Below are positions 1 to 10,262 of a stretch of 64,000 nt of DNA, piece by piece; position 1 is the stretch's first letter, and each line of letters begins with the position of its first letter. The position numbers were made by a program, and so were the translations under genes. Source of the stretch: Syntrophales bacterium (GTDB lineage Bacteria; Desulfobacterota; Syntrophia; Syntrophales; UBA2210). The DNA lies in NCBI GenBank assembly GCA_028718565.1, contig JAQULO010000002.1:7521-71520 (forward strand), in the 5' to 3' direction. The notes under the pieces were generated by a model. That model was not told where the DNA came from, did not search any database, and saw only the letters and a list, made by a program, of their open reading frames with translations.

Positions 1-235
1 CGGAGATATTTATCGTGTCCGCGCTGAGTCTTTTTGCCGCGATTTCAAAGGACGCTCTTGTCCTGGTGCTTGCCTCGAAGAAGAGGGTAATAACCGTCTT
101 CCCCCTGAGGGTTGGGACCTTCTTGATCGTTCTATTGGATATCTCTTTAAAGGATTCGGCAGTATCGAGTATGAGGTCAATCTCTTCCCGAGAAAGATCC
201 CGTATTCCCAGCATGTCTTTTCTTGATAAGCCCAT
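1..235 (-). CDS. pyrB: aspartate carbamoyltransferase catalytic subunit, N-terminal part (continues beyond the window edge)
   Basis: Own minus-strand translation from the ATG at 235 gives [78 protein letters not shown]. It contains the STRTR carbamoyl-phosphate motif. It is absent from the ORF track because no stop lies in the window. It lies immediately downstream of pyrR. Confidence 0.85.
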   Translation of the reverse strand, partial: MGLSRKDMLGIRDLSREEIDLILDTAESFKEISNRTIKKVPTLRGKTVITLFFEASTRTRASFEIAAKRLSADTINIS

Positions 236-318
236 GGTGTTTTCAACCTTCAGCCGGGCGGGGGATGTACCCGCCTGCGTACCCATGCGGATATCCGTGC
301 CCTTGTAGTGGGGTTATG

Positions 319-855
319 TCAACCCTCTTCGATTACCACTTCATCCGCGCTTCTGGTATCCGTAAGATTAACGCTGATATTTTCCCACAGCGATGAGGGG
401 AGGGTTTCGCCTATAAAATCGGCCCTGATGGGGAGCTCTCTGTGTCCTCTGTCGATAAGGACGGCCAGTTGTATCACCGCGGGTCTTCCGAAGTCCATGA
501 GCGCGTCCATCGCGGCCCGTATCGTCCTGCCGGTAAAGAGGACATCGTCAACCAGTACGACCCGCTTGTGATCAAGGGGAAAGGGAATATATGTCTTTTC
601 AATCTCAGGCCTTCTTTCCGTGCTCAGGACGTCGTCCCGGTAGAGGGTGATATCGAGCATTCCCAACATGACCTCGGCCCCCTCAATGGCAGACATCTTC
701 TCCCGGAGCCTCTCCGCAAGAGAAACTCCCCCTTTCCGTACACCAATAATGATAAGATTATCAGTACCCCTATTCCGTTCCAGTATTTCGTGGGCAATTC
801 TCGTAAGGGACCGTTCAATCCCCTCCGCATCCATAACCACCTTTTTCCTTTTCAT
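319..855 (-). CDS. pyrR: bifunctional pyr operon regulator / uracil phosphoribosyltransferase PyrR
   Basis: The ORF 319..957 contains the PRPP-binding motif VVLVDDVLFTGRTIRAA and a PyrR-like N-terminus, MKRKKVVMDAEGIERSLTRIAHEILERN. The start was trimmed to the internal ATG at 855 (SD-like AAGGGAGAG upstream), giving about 178 aa, typical for PyrR. Confidence 0.9.
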   Translation of the reverse strand: MKRKKVVMDAEGIERSLTRIAHEILERNRGTDNLIIIGVRKGGVSLAERLREKMSAIEGAEVMLGMLDITLYRDDVLSTERRPEIEKTYIPFPLDHKRVVLVDDVLFTGRTIRAAMDALMDFGRPAVIQLAVLIDRGHRELPIRADFIGETLPSSLWENISVNLTDTRSADEVVIEEG

Positions 856-909
856 GTCTGCTCTCCCTTGACCTGTCCGGCTGATAAAACGGTCCTGGTC
901 ACTTCCAAA

Positions 910-938
910 GTTATAATTCACGGAGAGGGTTTGCTCAA
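910..938 (-). promoter_or_regulatory. candidate sigma-70 promoter for pyrR-pyrB
   Basis: The minus strand reads TTGAGC-17 nt-TATAAC, about 55 nt upstream of the pyrR ATG. Confidence 0.35.
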
Positions 939-969
939 AAAAAAAGCCTTCCCACAAAAATGAGAAGGC
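937..969 (-). terminator. rho-independent terminator downstream of lepB
   Basis: The minus strand reads GCCTTC-12 nt loop-GAAGGC followed by a run of nine T. Confidence 0.6.
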
Positions 970-1087
970 CTTCTAGCACCTTTTTTCTTTAAATCATCCA
1001 AAAGCATCGAAAACCCTTTTCGTTACAAACTGCATGTCCGCTCGGTTCGCTACATCTACCAGTGTTTGTATTTTGTGTCAAGGGGTT

Positions 1088-1702
1088 TTAGTGAAGTATG
1101 CGGCCCATCCTGTCCCACCTGATATCTTTGTTCTCCGTATCCCAGGACCAGTATATGATCAAGGCCTTGCCAAGGACGTCTTTCAGGTCTACGAATCCCC
1201 AGAACCTGCTGTCGTAGCTCTGATCCCTGTTGTCCCCCATAACGAATATATGGCCGGCCGGGACCGTGACGGGCCCAAAATTGTCGCGCGGCTGTATTGA
1301 TGCCGGGAAGAGCAGCCTGTCAGTATACACACCGTGGCCGTCATTATATACGGACTCATTGATGTATATCTGTTTATCCCGTATCTCGATCGTGTCGCCC
1401 GCCACGCCTACCACCCTCTTTATAAAATCCTTCGACCGATCTACCGGATATATGAAGACAACGATGTCTTCCCTCTCCGGGTCATCGATGGGTACCAGTG
1501 TTTTTCGTATGAAAGGGATCTTTATACCGTAGGTGAATTTGTTGACGAGCAGGTGATCCCCTATCTGAAGGGTTGGTTTCATTGAGCCGGAAGGGATCTT
1601 GAATGCCTGCACAACAAAGGTCCTGATGAAGAGGGCTATGAGTATCGCTATGATGATCGCTTCCGCGTATTCTCTGACTACGCTTTTCCTGTTTCCGCCC
1701 AT
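1088..1702 (-). CDS. lepB: signal peptidase I
   Basis: Contains the catalytic Ser motif SGSMKPTL and the GDNRDQSYDSRFWG box, with an N-terminal TM helix. Confidence 0.93.
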   Translation of the reverse strand: MGGNRKSVVREYAEAIIIAILIALFIRTFVVQAFKIPSGSMKPTLQIGDHLLVNKFTYGIKIPFIRKTLVPIDDPEREDIVVFIYPVDRSKDFIKRVVGVAGDTIEIRDKQIYINESVYNDGHGVYTDRLLFPASIQPRDNFGPVTVPAGHIFVMGDNRDQSYDSRFWGFVDLKDVLGKALIIYWSWDTENKDIRWDRMGRILH

Positions 1703-1743
1703 AAGGTTTCCTGTTTTCTAAGAAATTCGTTCCTGTAGGATAT

Positions 1744-2256
1744 TCAGAAATATATCGCCGACATCGTTATCACTACCATCACAATTGATAAAGACCCTTT
1801 AAACAACACCCCCGCTAACCTTCCTATCAGGGCGCCGTATCCCGCCCTGAGGGCCGGTTCTAGTCTCTGCTTTTCCAGATATTCTCCCAGGAAGGCCCCG
1901 GCAAAACCCCCGAGAAAAGCTCCGATTATGGCACCCAACCCCAACAGGGTCGGAACCATTATTACGGCCCCGATGATTCCACCGATGATAGACAACACCA
2001 CCCCTGTCTTTGACGAACCGTATTTCCTGGCGCCTGCGATTCCCATGAGAAAATCCACAGCCTCCGCAAGGAGCGAAATAAAGATAAGCACGAGAATGAT
2101 CTTGAACCCGATCTTCTCGAATCCGGTTATCAGGGAGTAGACAACAACATCCCCCAGGATCAGAAGCGTCCCCGGAAGTCCAAATATGATGGAAAAGACT
2201 CCAATCAACAATACAACAACAAATATTGTAAGCCCGACTGCTTCGAGGAGCGGCAA
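1744..2256 (-). CDS. DUF456 family membrane protein
   Basis: A 170-aa polytopic Gly-rich membrane protein with a GLPGT motif. The apparent TTG start lies directly after the secF stop. Confidence 0.65.
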   Translation of the reverse strand: MPLLEAVGLTIFVVVLLIGVFSIIFGLPGTLLILGDVVVYSLITGFEKIGFKIILVLIFISLLAEAVDFLMGIAGARKYGSSKTGVVLSIIGGIIGAVIMVPTLLGLGAIIGAFLGGFAGAFLGEYLEKQRLEPALRAGYGALIGRLAGVLFKGSLSIVMVVITMSAIYF

Positions 2257-2257
2257 C

Positions 2258-3187
2258 TTATTGTTTCCTCTTTTCCTTTGAAGGGCTGATGGTTTCCCAG
2301 GCCAGAACCATGGGGCTGGCGATAAATATGGAGGAATAGGTTCCCACGACTATTCCTACCAGGAGGGCGAAGGCAAAGTCATGGATAACCGCTCCGCCCA
2401 GCAAAAATAGGGCGAGCACGACCAGCAGGGTTGTCCCGGATGTCAGCACTGTCCTGCTCAGCGTCTGATTTATGCTCGCGTTGACGAGCCCTTGCAGAGG
2501 TTGCTTCCGTGCTCCTGCTCCTTTGATGTTTTCCCGTATCCTGTCATATACGACGATGGTGTCATTGAGGGAATAGCCTATGATCGTGAGCAAGGCCGCA
2601 ATGATGGGGAGGGTAAACTCCTTGCCCAGGAGGGAAAAGACCCCGACGGTGATGGCAACGTCGTGGATGAGGGCCACGATCGCCCCGACGGCATAGCGCA
2701 GTTCGAATCTCCAGGTTACGTAGATCAGTATCCCTATAACCGCATACAGCATCGCCAACAGCCCTTTTTCTCTCAGGTCCTTCCCCACCTTCGGCCCTAC
2801 GACCTCAACCCTCCGTATCTCAAAATCTTCCCTGCCGTACGATGTGCTCAATGCCGCCGTTATCTTATCCGACAGTCCCTCGAGCGCGGAGCTGGTTTTC
2901 TCCGTGGTGATCAGGAATTCTTTGTTCTCACGGTATCCGAAACGCTGGATAACGCTGTTTCCAAGATCGGCGGTTTTGAGGGAACTTCGTATGGCGTCCG
3001 CATTTGTTTCCTGGAGAAATTTTATTTGTACCAGCGTTCCACCGGCGAAATCTATGCCCAGATTGGGTCCGCCGTGCAGCACCAGGGAAAGGATGCTGAT
3101 AATTATCGCGAGGAGCGAAGCCCCAAAAGCGATCTTCATCTTTCCGACAAAGTCAATATTTGTTCCGGGCCGTATAATTTCCATCAC
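2258..3187 (-). CDS. secF: protein translocase subunit SecF
   Basis: 309 aa with a typical SecF N-terminus (GTNIDFVGKMKIAFGASL, GIDFAGGT) and a C-terminal membrane domain. It lies next to secD. Confidence 0.95.
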   Translation of the reverse strand: MMEIIRPGTNIDFVGKMKIAFGASLLAIIISILSLVLHGGPNLGIDFAGGTLVQIKFLQETNADAIRSSLKTADLGNSVIQRFGYRENKEFLITTEKTSSALEGLSDKITAALSTSYGREDFEIRRVEVVGPKVGKDLREKGLLAMLYAVIGILIYVTWRFELRYAVGAIVALIHDVAITVGVFSLLGKEFTLPIIAALLTIIGYSLNDTIVVYDRIRENIKGAGARKQPLQGLVNASINQTLSRTVLTSGTTLLVVLALFLLGGAVIHDFAFALLVGIVVGTYSSIFIASPMVLAWETISPSKEKRKQ

Positions 3188-3222
3188 TATCTCCGTTCCA
3201 AGTCAGGATTATCCTTATTTTG

Positions 3223-4821
3223 TTATATGCTTATTCGTTTGATGTTTCTATCCCATACAAAATAGTCGTAGAGGATTCTCGTTACAAAGATGGCGGTGAA
3301 CATACTGCTTACAATACCGATGCTGAGTGTGACCGCGAATCCCTTCACCGGTCCCGTCCCGAACTGGAAGAGCACAAGGGCGGCGATAAGCGTGGTCACA
3401 TTTGCATCGACGATGGTGAGCAGGGCCTTCGAGTACCCTCCCGCTATTGATGCCCGGGGGGACTTGCCCAGTCGCAACTCTTCCCGGATTCTCTCGAATA
3501 TGAGGACATTTGCGTCCACTGCCATGCCTATGGTCAGTACGATACCGGCGATCCCGGGGAGTGTGAGCGTTGCCCTGAACGCGGCAAGGGCTCCCATAAT
3601 CAGTATTATATTCAGGAAGAGAGCGATATCGGCGACGACCCCGGACAGATTGTAGTACACCACCATAAACAGTATGACCAGTATGGTCCCCACAATGATA
3701 GAGAGTCTCCCCCTATCTATGGAGTCCTGACCGAGGGAGGGGCCTACGGTCCTCTGCTCCAGTATCCTGACGGGGGCCGGCAGGGCGCCTGCTCTAAGGA
3801 CGATAGCCAGGTCGTGTGCCTCGTCCATGGTGAAGCTTCCGGTAATCTGGGCGTTGCCCCCCGAGATCCTTTCCTGTATGACGGGTGCGGAATGGACCAT
3901 GCCGTCCAGAACGATTGCCAAGCGTTTTCTGACGTTCTGTGCCGTTATCCGTTCAAAATCCTTTGCCCCCTGGGAATCGAATTTCAGAGAAACATACGGC
4001 TCGCCGAACCGGTCGCTGATGGTCACGTTGGCGTCCTCCAGGGACTCTCCCGTCAGAAGGGTTTTGTTCCTGAGCAGGTACGGTATCTTTGTCCTTCGTC
4101 CCGTTTCGCTCTCTACCTTATATCCATAGGCTATGATGTCGCCATCAGGGACCTTTCCGCCCAACGCCTCATCCAGGCTGTGTTCCTCGTCCAGCATCTT
4201 GAATTCCAGGAGAGCTGTTTTCCCGATCAGGCTTATGGCCCTCTGCGGGTCCTTGATTCCGGGCAGTTGGATCAGTATGCGGTCCTTCCCCTGGGGGATT
4301 ATTTCGGGCTCGGAGACGCCGAACTCGTCCACTCTGTTCCGTATCGTCTCAAGGCTCTGCTCCAAGGCGAACTTTTCTATCGCCTCGATCTGTTTGTTAT
4401 TTATCTTCAGCCAGATCTTCTCTTTTCCGTCAACTACTTCCGAAGACTTGATCTCAACGCTGGGGAAACCATCCTTGAGCACCTTTTCAAATTGTGTGCG
4501 TGCCTCCCTGTCGGTCAGTTCAAGGGTTGTAAAAATCCCCTCTTCTCGGTCCATATGCCTGAACCGGATCCTCTTTTCCATCAGGACATCCTTCAGGTCG
4601 TTGGCGATTCGTTCCATGGCGCTCTCGACCGCCTTTTCGGTTTCCACCTCCAGAACCAGATGCATTCCCCCCTGAAGATCAAGTCCCAGATGGATTTTGT
4701 CTGCGTTGCCCTTCCAGACGGAAGGAAGCTTCTGTGTGATGGAGGGCATAAGAAAAAATAGTGCGGTTGCAACGATGACAAGCGTTACAATACCCCGTGC
4801 CTTAAGGTTTTTGTCAGACAT
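3223..4821 (-). CDS. secD: protein translocase subunit SecD
   Basis: 532 aa with LGLDLQGG, a periplasmic domain and a six-TM C-terminal SecD/F domain. Confidence 0.95.
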   Translation of the reverse strand: MSDKNLKARGIVTLVIVATALFFLMPSITQKLPSVWKGNADKIHLGLDLQGGMHLVLEVETEKAVESAMERIANDLKDVLMEKRIRFRHMDREEGIFTTLELTDREARTQFEKVLKDGFPSVEIKSSEVVDGKEKIWLKINNKQIEAIEKFALEQSLETIRNRVDEFGVSEPEIIPQGKDRILIQLPGIKDPQRAISLIGKTALLEFKMLDEEHSLDEALGGKVPDGDIIAYGYKVESETGRRTKIPYLLRNKTLLTGESLEDANVTISDRFGEPYVSLKFDSQGAKDFERITAQNVRKRLAIVLDGMVHSAPVIQERISGGNAQITGSFTMDEAHDLAIVLRAGALPAPVRILEQRTVGPSLGQDSIDRGRLSIIVGTILVILFMVVYYNLSGVVADIALFLNIILIMGALAAFRATLTLPGIAGIVLTIGMAVDANVLIFERIREELRLGKSPRASIAGGYSKALLTIVDANVTTLIAALVLFQFGTGPVKGFAVTLSIGIVSSMFTAIFVTRILYDYFVWDRNIKRISI

Positions 4822-4842
4822 GTGAGTTCCTTTCGCTCTTCC

Positions 4843-5169
4843 CTACGAAGTTGCCTTCTGCGTGACACCCGCGATGTGGGCTCTTGAGATTTTTACCTTA
4901 ACCTTGTCGGCCACTTCCAGGGTTACGACCTGCTCGGTAATGGCGGTAATCTTTCCATACAGTCCACCTGCGGTGATTACCATATCCCCATGAGCGAGAT
5001 TAGCCAGCATTGTCTTTATTTCTTTCTGTTTTTTTTGCTGTGGCCGTATCAGGAGAAAGTAAAAGATTGCGAAAATGGCGACCATGACGAAGATGAATTT
5101 CATGTCCCCCCCGGGGGCTGCTCCTCCACCCACTCCGCCCGCTCCCATCGCATATGCCATACCGGTCAT
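4843..5169 (-). CDS. yajC: preprotein translocase subunit YajC
   Basis: Contains FYFLLIRPQQKKQKE and GDMVITAGGLYGKI, in the yajC-secD-secF order. Confidence 0.92.
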   Translation of the reverse strand: MTGMAYAMGAGGVGGGAAPGGDMKFIFVMVAIFAIFYFLLIRPQQKKQKEIKTMLANLAHGDMVITAGGLYGKITAITEQVVTLEVADKVKVKISRAHIAGVTQKATS

Positions 5170-5193
5170 TGTACCTGTTCCTCCTTGAAGTTT

Positions 5194-6372
<1,179 letters not shown>

Positions 6373-6416
6373 CTACTTCACAATCTTTATTAAAAATTAA
6401 TCATTCAACATTGCCT

Positions 6417-7445
6417 TCACAGTATCAGCATGCAATCGCCATAGCTATAGAACTGAAATCTCTCCTCTATAGCCGCCTCGTAGGCCCTGCGTATCAGGTC
6501 TTTCCCCGCAAAGGCGGAGACGAGCAGAAAGAGGGATGACGCCGGAAGATGAAAATTCGTCAGCGCCCGGTCCACCGCCTTGAAACGATAGCCCGGGTAT
6601 ATGAAGAGGGATGTCTTCCCCTTCCCCGGTCGCGCTCGCCCATCCGGTTCGGAGGCCGCCTCCAGCGTTCGTATCGACGTTGTTCCCACAGCCAGAATCC
6701 TCCCGGCGCTGTTGATCTTTTCGGCCGCCGCTTCGCTTATCTCGAAGGACTCGCTCTCCATTTTGTGGTCCTCCACAATCTCGGCCTCGATGGGGAGGAA
6801 GGTCCCGTATCCCACATGCAGCGTTACCTCGGCAATGTCGACTCTCTTCCCTCGTAGCGCATCGAGTACCTCTTGGGAGAAGTGAAGTCCGGCTGTGGGG
6901 GCGGCGACCGATCCGGGGTTTTTCGCGTAAATTGTTTGATACCTCTGTAGGTCAATCGGATTCTTCGCCAGGCCCTTTTCCCTCTTTATGTAGGGGGGGA
7001 GGGGCGCGCTACCAAATGTTTCCAGAAAAGTATTGAAACCGTCCTCCGTGTGAAACCGGACTACCCATTTCTTGTCGGAAACCCTTTCCAGTACCTCAGC
7101 CCATGAACGACCGTCGAAGGATATTTTGGTTCCCACTCTAACCCGTTTGGCGGGCCTCAGCAGGACCTCCCACGTTGTGGGGGCGCCCTTCTCTTCGAGG
7201 AGGAGCAGTTCGATTGTGGCGCCGGTGGTCTTTTCCCCGGAGAGCTTCGCGGGGATTACCTTGGAATTGTTGATGACCAGGAGGTCGTCCCTGTCAAGGA
7301 ATTCGGGCAGTTCATAAAAATACCGGCATTCGAAAGAGCCGCGAGCCCGGTCAACCACCATCATCCGCGAATGGTCTCTCTGCGCACACGGTTTTTGCGC
7401 GATCAGATCCTCAGGGAGGTTATAGTGAAAGTCTTCTATTCTCAT
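6417..7445 (-). CDS. queA: S-adenosylmethionine:tRNA ribosyltransferase-isomerase
   Basis: The N-terminus MRIEDFHYNLPEDLIAQKP matches QueA. The start was set to the ATG at 7445 rather than the TTG at 7487 used by the ORF track. Confidence 0.93.
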   Translation of the reverse strand: MRIEDFHYNLPEDLIAQKPCAQRDHSRMMVVDRARGSFECRYFYELPEFLDRDDLLVINNSKVIPAKLSGEKTTGATIELLLLEEKGAPTTWEVLLRPAKRVRVGTKISFDGRSWAEVLERVSDKKWVVRFHTEDGFNTFLETFGSAPLPPYIKREKGLAKNPIDLQRYQTIYAKNPGSVAAPTAGLHFSQEVLDALRGKRVDIAEVTLHVGYGTFLPIEAEIVEDHKMESESFEISEAAAEKINSAGRILAVGTTSIRTLEAASEPDGRARPGKGKTSLFIYPGYRFKAVDRALTNFHLPASSLFLLVSAFAGKDLIRRAYEAAIEERFQFYSYGDCMLIL

Positions 7446-7558
7446 GGCGAGTTCGGGGTAATAACCAGAAAGGGTTTGTAAAGTCAACAGGGAATCGTGT
7501 CAGATTGTGCAGACACGCGGCAGTGTTACGTGTCGTTATGTTATGAATATTCCGGACA

Positions 7559-7744
7559 TCAGTTTCTTCCAAGATAGACGAGGAGCAGACCGACTATGAC
7601 CGATACCAGCCCAAAGGCCCTGAGAGTGCCCTCGGGGGTGTCATACACCTTAAGGAGGTATGACCTGATCTTCTCGGGGAAGGCGAAGTAGGGGAGACCT
7701 TCTATGATCAGAACCATTCCTATGACACAGAGTAAAAACTTCAT
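7559..7744 (-). CDS. DUF2065 (YjeT-like) small membrane protein
   Basis: A 61-aa protein with two TM segments and an EGLPYFAFPEK motif resembling E. coli YjeT. Confidence 0.75.
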   Translation of the reverse strand: MKFLLCVIGMVLIIEGLPYFAFPEKIRSYLLKVYDTPEGTLRAFGLVSVIVGLLLVYLGRN

Positions 7745-7750
7745 CGGTTG

Positions 7751-8551
7751 CTAACCATCCCTTTCAATCTCCTTTGCCATATTCCACAGGCAGTCCATCT
7801 CCTCCATGGTGGCTTCAAGCGGAGACAGGCCCTTCTTTTTCAGAGACTCCTCGATAAACGAGAACCGTGCGGTGAATTTCCTCAGTGAGGAGCGGAGAGC
7901 GTCTTCGGGATTCGTCTGAACGAATCGGCACAGGTTGACGAGCGAGAGGAACATGTCGCCTATCTCCCCCTCTATGCGATCCTTTTTCCCCTCTGAAACG
8001 GCCTCCCTGAGTTCCGCCAGCTCTTCTCCGATCTTCTCCACGACGCCGGCCGTGTCCTTCCAGTCGAAGCCTTTTTTTGCCGCCCGTCCGGTTATCTTGT
8101 GCGCCGCCATGAGGGGGGGCATGGAGCGCGGCAGGGCGTCGATGGGGGAGACTTCATTCTCCCCTTTTCCCCGCTCCCGGTTCTTTATGCGCTGCCAGTT
8201 TGCCCGAACCTCTTCCACATCGAGGGTCTGCGCGTTTTCAAAGACGTGGGGGTGGCGAAGGATCATCTTTTCCGATATGCCGGCGACGATGTCTGAGAGG
8301 GTGAAATCCCCCGCTTCCTCCGCCATCTTTGCCAGAAACAGTATCTGGAAGAGGACATCTCCGAGCTCCTCCTTCAGGCCGTTCGGGGAGGCCTGCTCTA
8401 TTGCGTCGATAACCTCGTACACCTCTTCCAGCAGGTACCGACCGACATCCTCCCTTTTCTGCCGGCGGTCCCAGGGGCAGCCGTTCGGTCCTCTCAGCCT
8501 GTCGATGATTCCCGTAATCCTGTGGACGCTATGCTCCGTCTGGTCTTTCAA
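7751..8551 (-). CDS. mazG: nucleoside triphosphate pyrophosphohydrolase MazG
   Basis: Contains GCPWDRRQ and tandem MazG EEVYEVIDAIE / EELAELREAV repeats. The start is uncertain: TTG at 8551 or GTG at 8527. Confidence 0.88.
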   Translation of the reverse strand: MKDQTEHSVHRITGIIDRLRGPNGCPWDRRQKREDVGRYLLEEVYEVIDAIEQASPNGLKEELGDVLFQILFLAKMAEEAGDFTLSDIVAGISEKMILRHPHVFENAQTLDVEEVRANWQRIKNRERGKGENEVSPIDALPRSMPPLMAAHKITGRAAKKGFDWKDTAGVVEKIGEELAELREAVSEGKKDRIEGEIGDMFLSLVNLCRFVQTNPEDALRSSLRKFTARFSFIEESLKKKGLSPLEATMEEMDCLWNMAKEIERDG

Positions 8552-8942
8552 TCGGCCACTGCCCCCTTTCCTTCAGAACATCGCGGTAGGCCGCGAGGGC
8601 TTCGTTGACGGCGGGCATCCCCGCGTAGGTGGCGAGCTGGAAAAATATCTCCGTCAGTTTTCCGGGATCACAGCCGACATTCAGCGCCGCATTGACGTGC
8701 AGCTTCAACTCGTCCGTGGCCCGGAGTGCGGCCAGCATGGCACATGCGGCCATCTGCCTCTCCGGTAGGGTGAGGATGGTCCGGGAATAGAGGTTCCCTG
8801 TTATAAAGCGCGAGAAGTCGTTGGCGAGTTCCCGGTCAAATTCCTTCCACATCCGGTAGGGGGGATCCATCTTGATCCCTTCACCGAAGAGTCGCTTTGC
8901 GGTTTCACGGGTACTGGTATCTTCCGTATTTTCCACGCTCAA
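8529..8942 (-). CDS. carboxymuconolactone decarboxylase (AhpD-like) family protein
   Basis: A 137-aa protein with a CMD-domain-like helical region (RFITGNLYSRTILTLPERQMAACAMLAAL...ATYAGMPA). Confidence 0.7.
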   Translation of the reverse strand: MSVENTEDTSTRETAKRLFGEGIKMDPPYRMWKEFDRELANDFSRFITGNLYSRTILTLPERQMAACAMLAALRATDELKLHVNAALNVGCDPGKLTEIFFQLATYAGMPAVNEALAAYRDVLKERGQWPIERPDGA

Positions 8943-8948
8943 TCTCCT

Positions 8949-10262
8949 TCATTTCACCAGGAATATATCCCTGTCCCTGTCCTGAAAGTAGATATAATCG
9001 TACAATCCTTTACCGGTCGATCCGAAGATATCCTCCCCCCTTTTTCTGCATGCGGGGCAGCCCCGCCCTGGAACGATGATTGCGAAGATCCTGTTGCCGG
9101 TGCTTGCCTCGGAAGCGATGGTGATCAGACCTCCGCATTCGTCACAGATGCGGACGGTCTCCGCCTGGTGTTCGCTTATCATGTCCGTGTCGTAGAATAT
9201 GCTCCGGTCGCGATGCAGGTACTCTTTCCCCTTTAACAACAGGTCTGCCCTCCGGGACGTGCGACCTTTCCAAAGGTCGTAGATAGCCGCAACCTGCTGC
9301 TCTATATACCGGCTCGTCTGGGGGGTCTGCTTGGTGGCCTCGGGGTCGTAGTCGGGTTCGGTTACGTGGCTGTAGTCGATCCCGGCCATGGCGAGGATGA
9401 TCCCCACATTGACATAGGGCAGCGCGCTTTCTATGGAGTACCCCCCCTCGAGGACGGCGATGTCGGGGGACAGCCTGTCATTCAGGAGAGCATATCCCTG
9501 CGCGGAGAAGGACATGTTGGTTATCGGATCGCTGTAGTGGTTGTCCTGCCCAGCCGAATTGATGATCAGATCCGGTTTGAATTCGTCCAGTATGGGGAGG
9601 ATCAGGTTATCCAGGGTGAACAGAAACCCCTCATCCGAGGTGTTGGGCGGGAGGGGCACGTTGATCGTATAGCCCAGGGCGTTCGGCCCCCCGAATTCAT
9701 CGGAGAACCCGGAACCGGGATAGAGTGTCCTCCCGTCCTGATGGATCGATATGAAAAGGGTGTCGGGATCATGCCAGAATATATCCTGAGAACCATCGCC
9801 GTGGTGGCAGTCGGTATCGACTATGGCGATCCTCTTGTGGCCGTATTTGTGGCGTATGTATTCGACCATGATCGCTTCGATGTTTATATTGCAGAATCCC
9901 CTGGCGCCATGGACGATCCGCATGGCGTGGTGTCCGGGTGGGCGAACGAGTGCGAAGGCGTTGTCGACCTCTTTCTGCATCACCTTTTCGGCGGCGGTTA
10001 TGGCCCCCCCCGCCGAGATCAGGTGGGACTGGGTAATGACGCTATGGGCGTCCGGGACGCAGATATGGATACGGTTTATGTCCTCGGTGGTGGCAAGCCC
10101 CGGCTTGAATTCTATGATATTGTCCAGATCGAGCAGGCCCTCCTCGAATACCTGGTCCTGCGTGTAGAGGAGCCGTTCCTCCCTCTCGGGATGGGTCGGC
10201 GATATCGCCCAATCAAAGGCGGGAAAAAATATCAGGCCGGTCCTTTTCTTACTGTCTGACAT
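8949..10262 (-). CDS. histone deacetylase-family (acetoin/acetylpolyamine amidohydrolase-like) protein with C-terminal CxxC...CxxC extension
   Basis: Contains RPPGHHA, DTDCHHGDGSQ and LEGGYS motifs. The C-terminal about 70 aa carries CDECGG...(24 aa)...CPACRK. Confidence 0.85.
   Translation of the reverse strand: MSDSKKRTGLIFFPAFDWAISPTHPEREERLLYTQDQVFEEGLLDLDNIIEFKPGLATTEDINRIHICVPDAHSVITQSHLISAGGAITAAEKVMQKEVDNAFALVRPPGHHAMRIVHGARGFCNINIEAIMVEYIRHKYGHKRIAIVDTDCHHGDGSQDIFWHDPDTLFISIHQDGRTLYPGSGFSDEFGGPNALGYTINVPLPPNTSDEGFLFTLDNLILPILDEFKPDLIINSAGQDNHYSDPITNMSFSAQGYALLNDRLSPDIAVLEGGYSIESALPYVNVGIILAMAGIDYSHVTEPDYDPEATKQTPQTSRYIEQQVAAIYDLWKGRTSRRADLLLKGKEYLHRDRSIFYDTDMISEHQAETVRICDECGGLITIASEASTGNRIFAIIVPGRGCPACRKRGEDIFGSTGKGLYDYIYFQDRDRDIFLVK

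Noticed and set aside
10-308. Track ORFs 10..246 (-) and 15..308 (+) at the left edge.
   Set aside because: The real gene here is pyrB, in a third frame that runs off the window (clear ATCase N-terminus with STRTR). The two listed ORFs are overlapping-frame artefacts.
916-934. ATTCACGGAGAGGGTTTGC resembles the PyrR RNA-binding box (UCCAGAGAGGCU).
   Set aside because: It is on the plus strand, antisense to the pyrR-pyrB transcript, and no plus-strand gene lies downstream. The sense-strand leader has only a weak resemblance (GUCAAGGGAGAGC).
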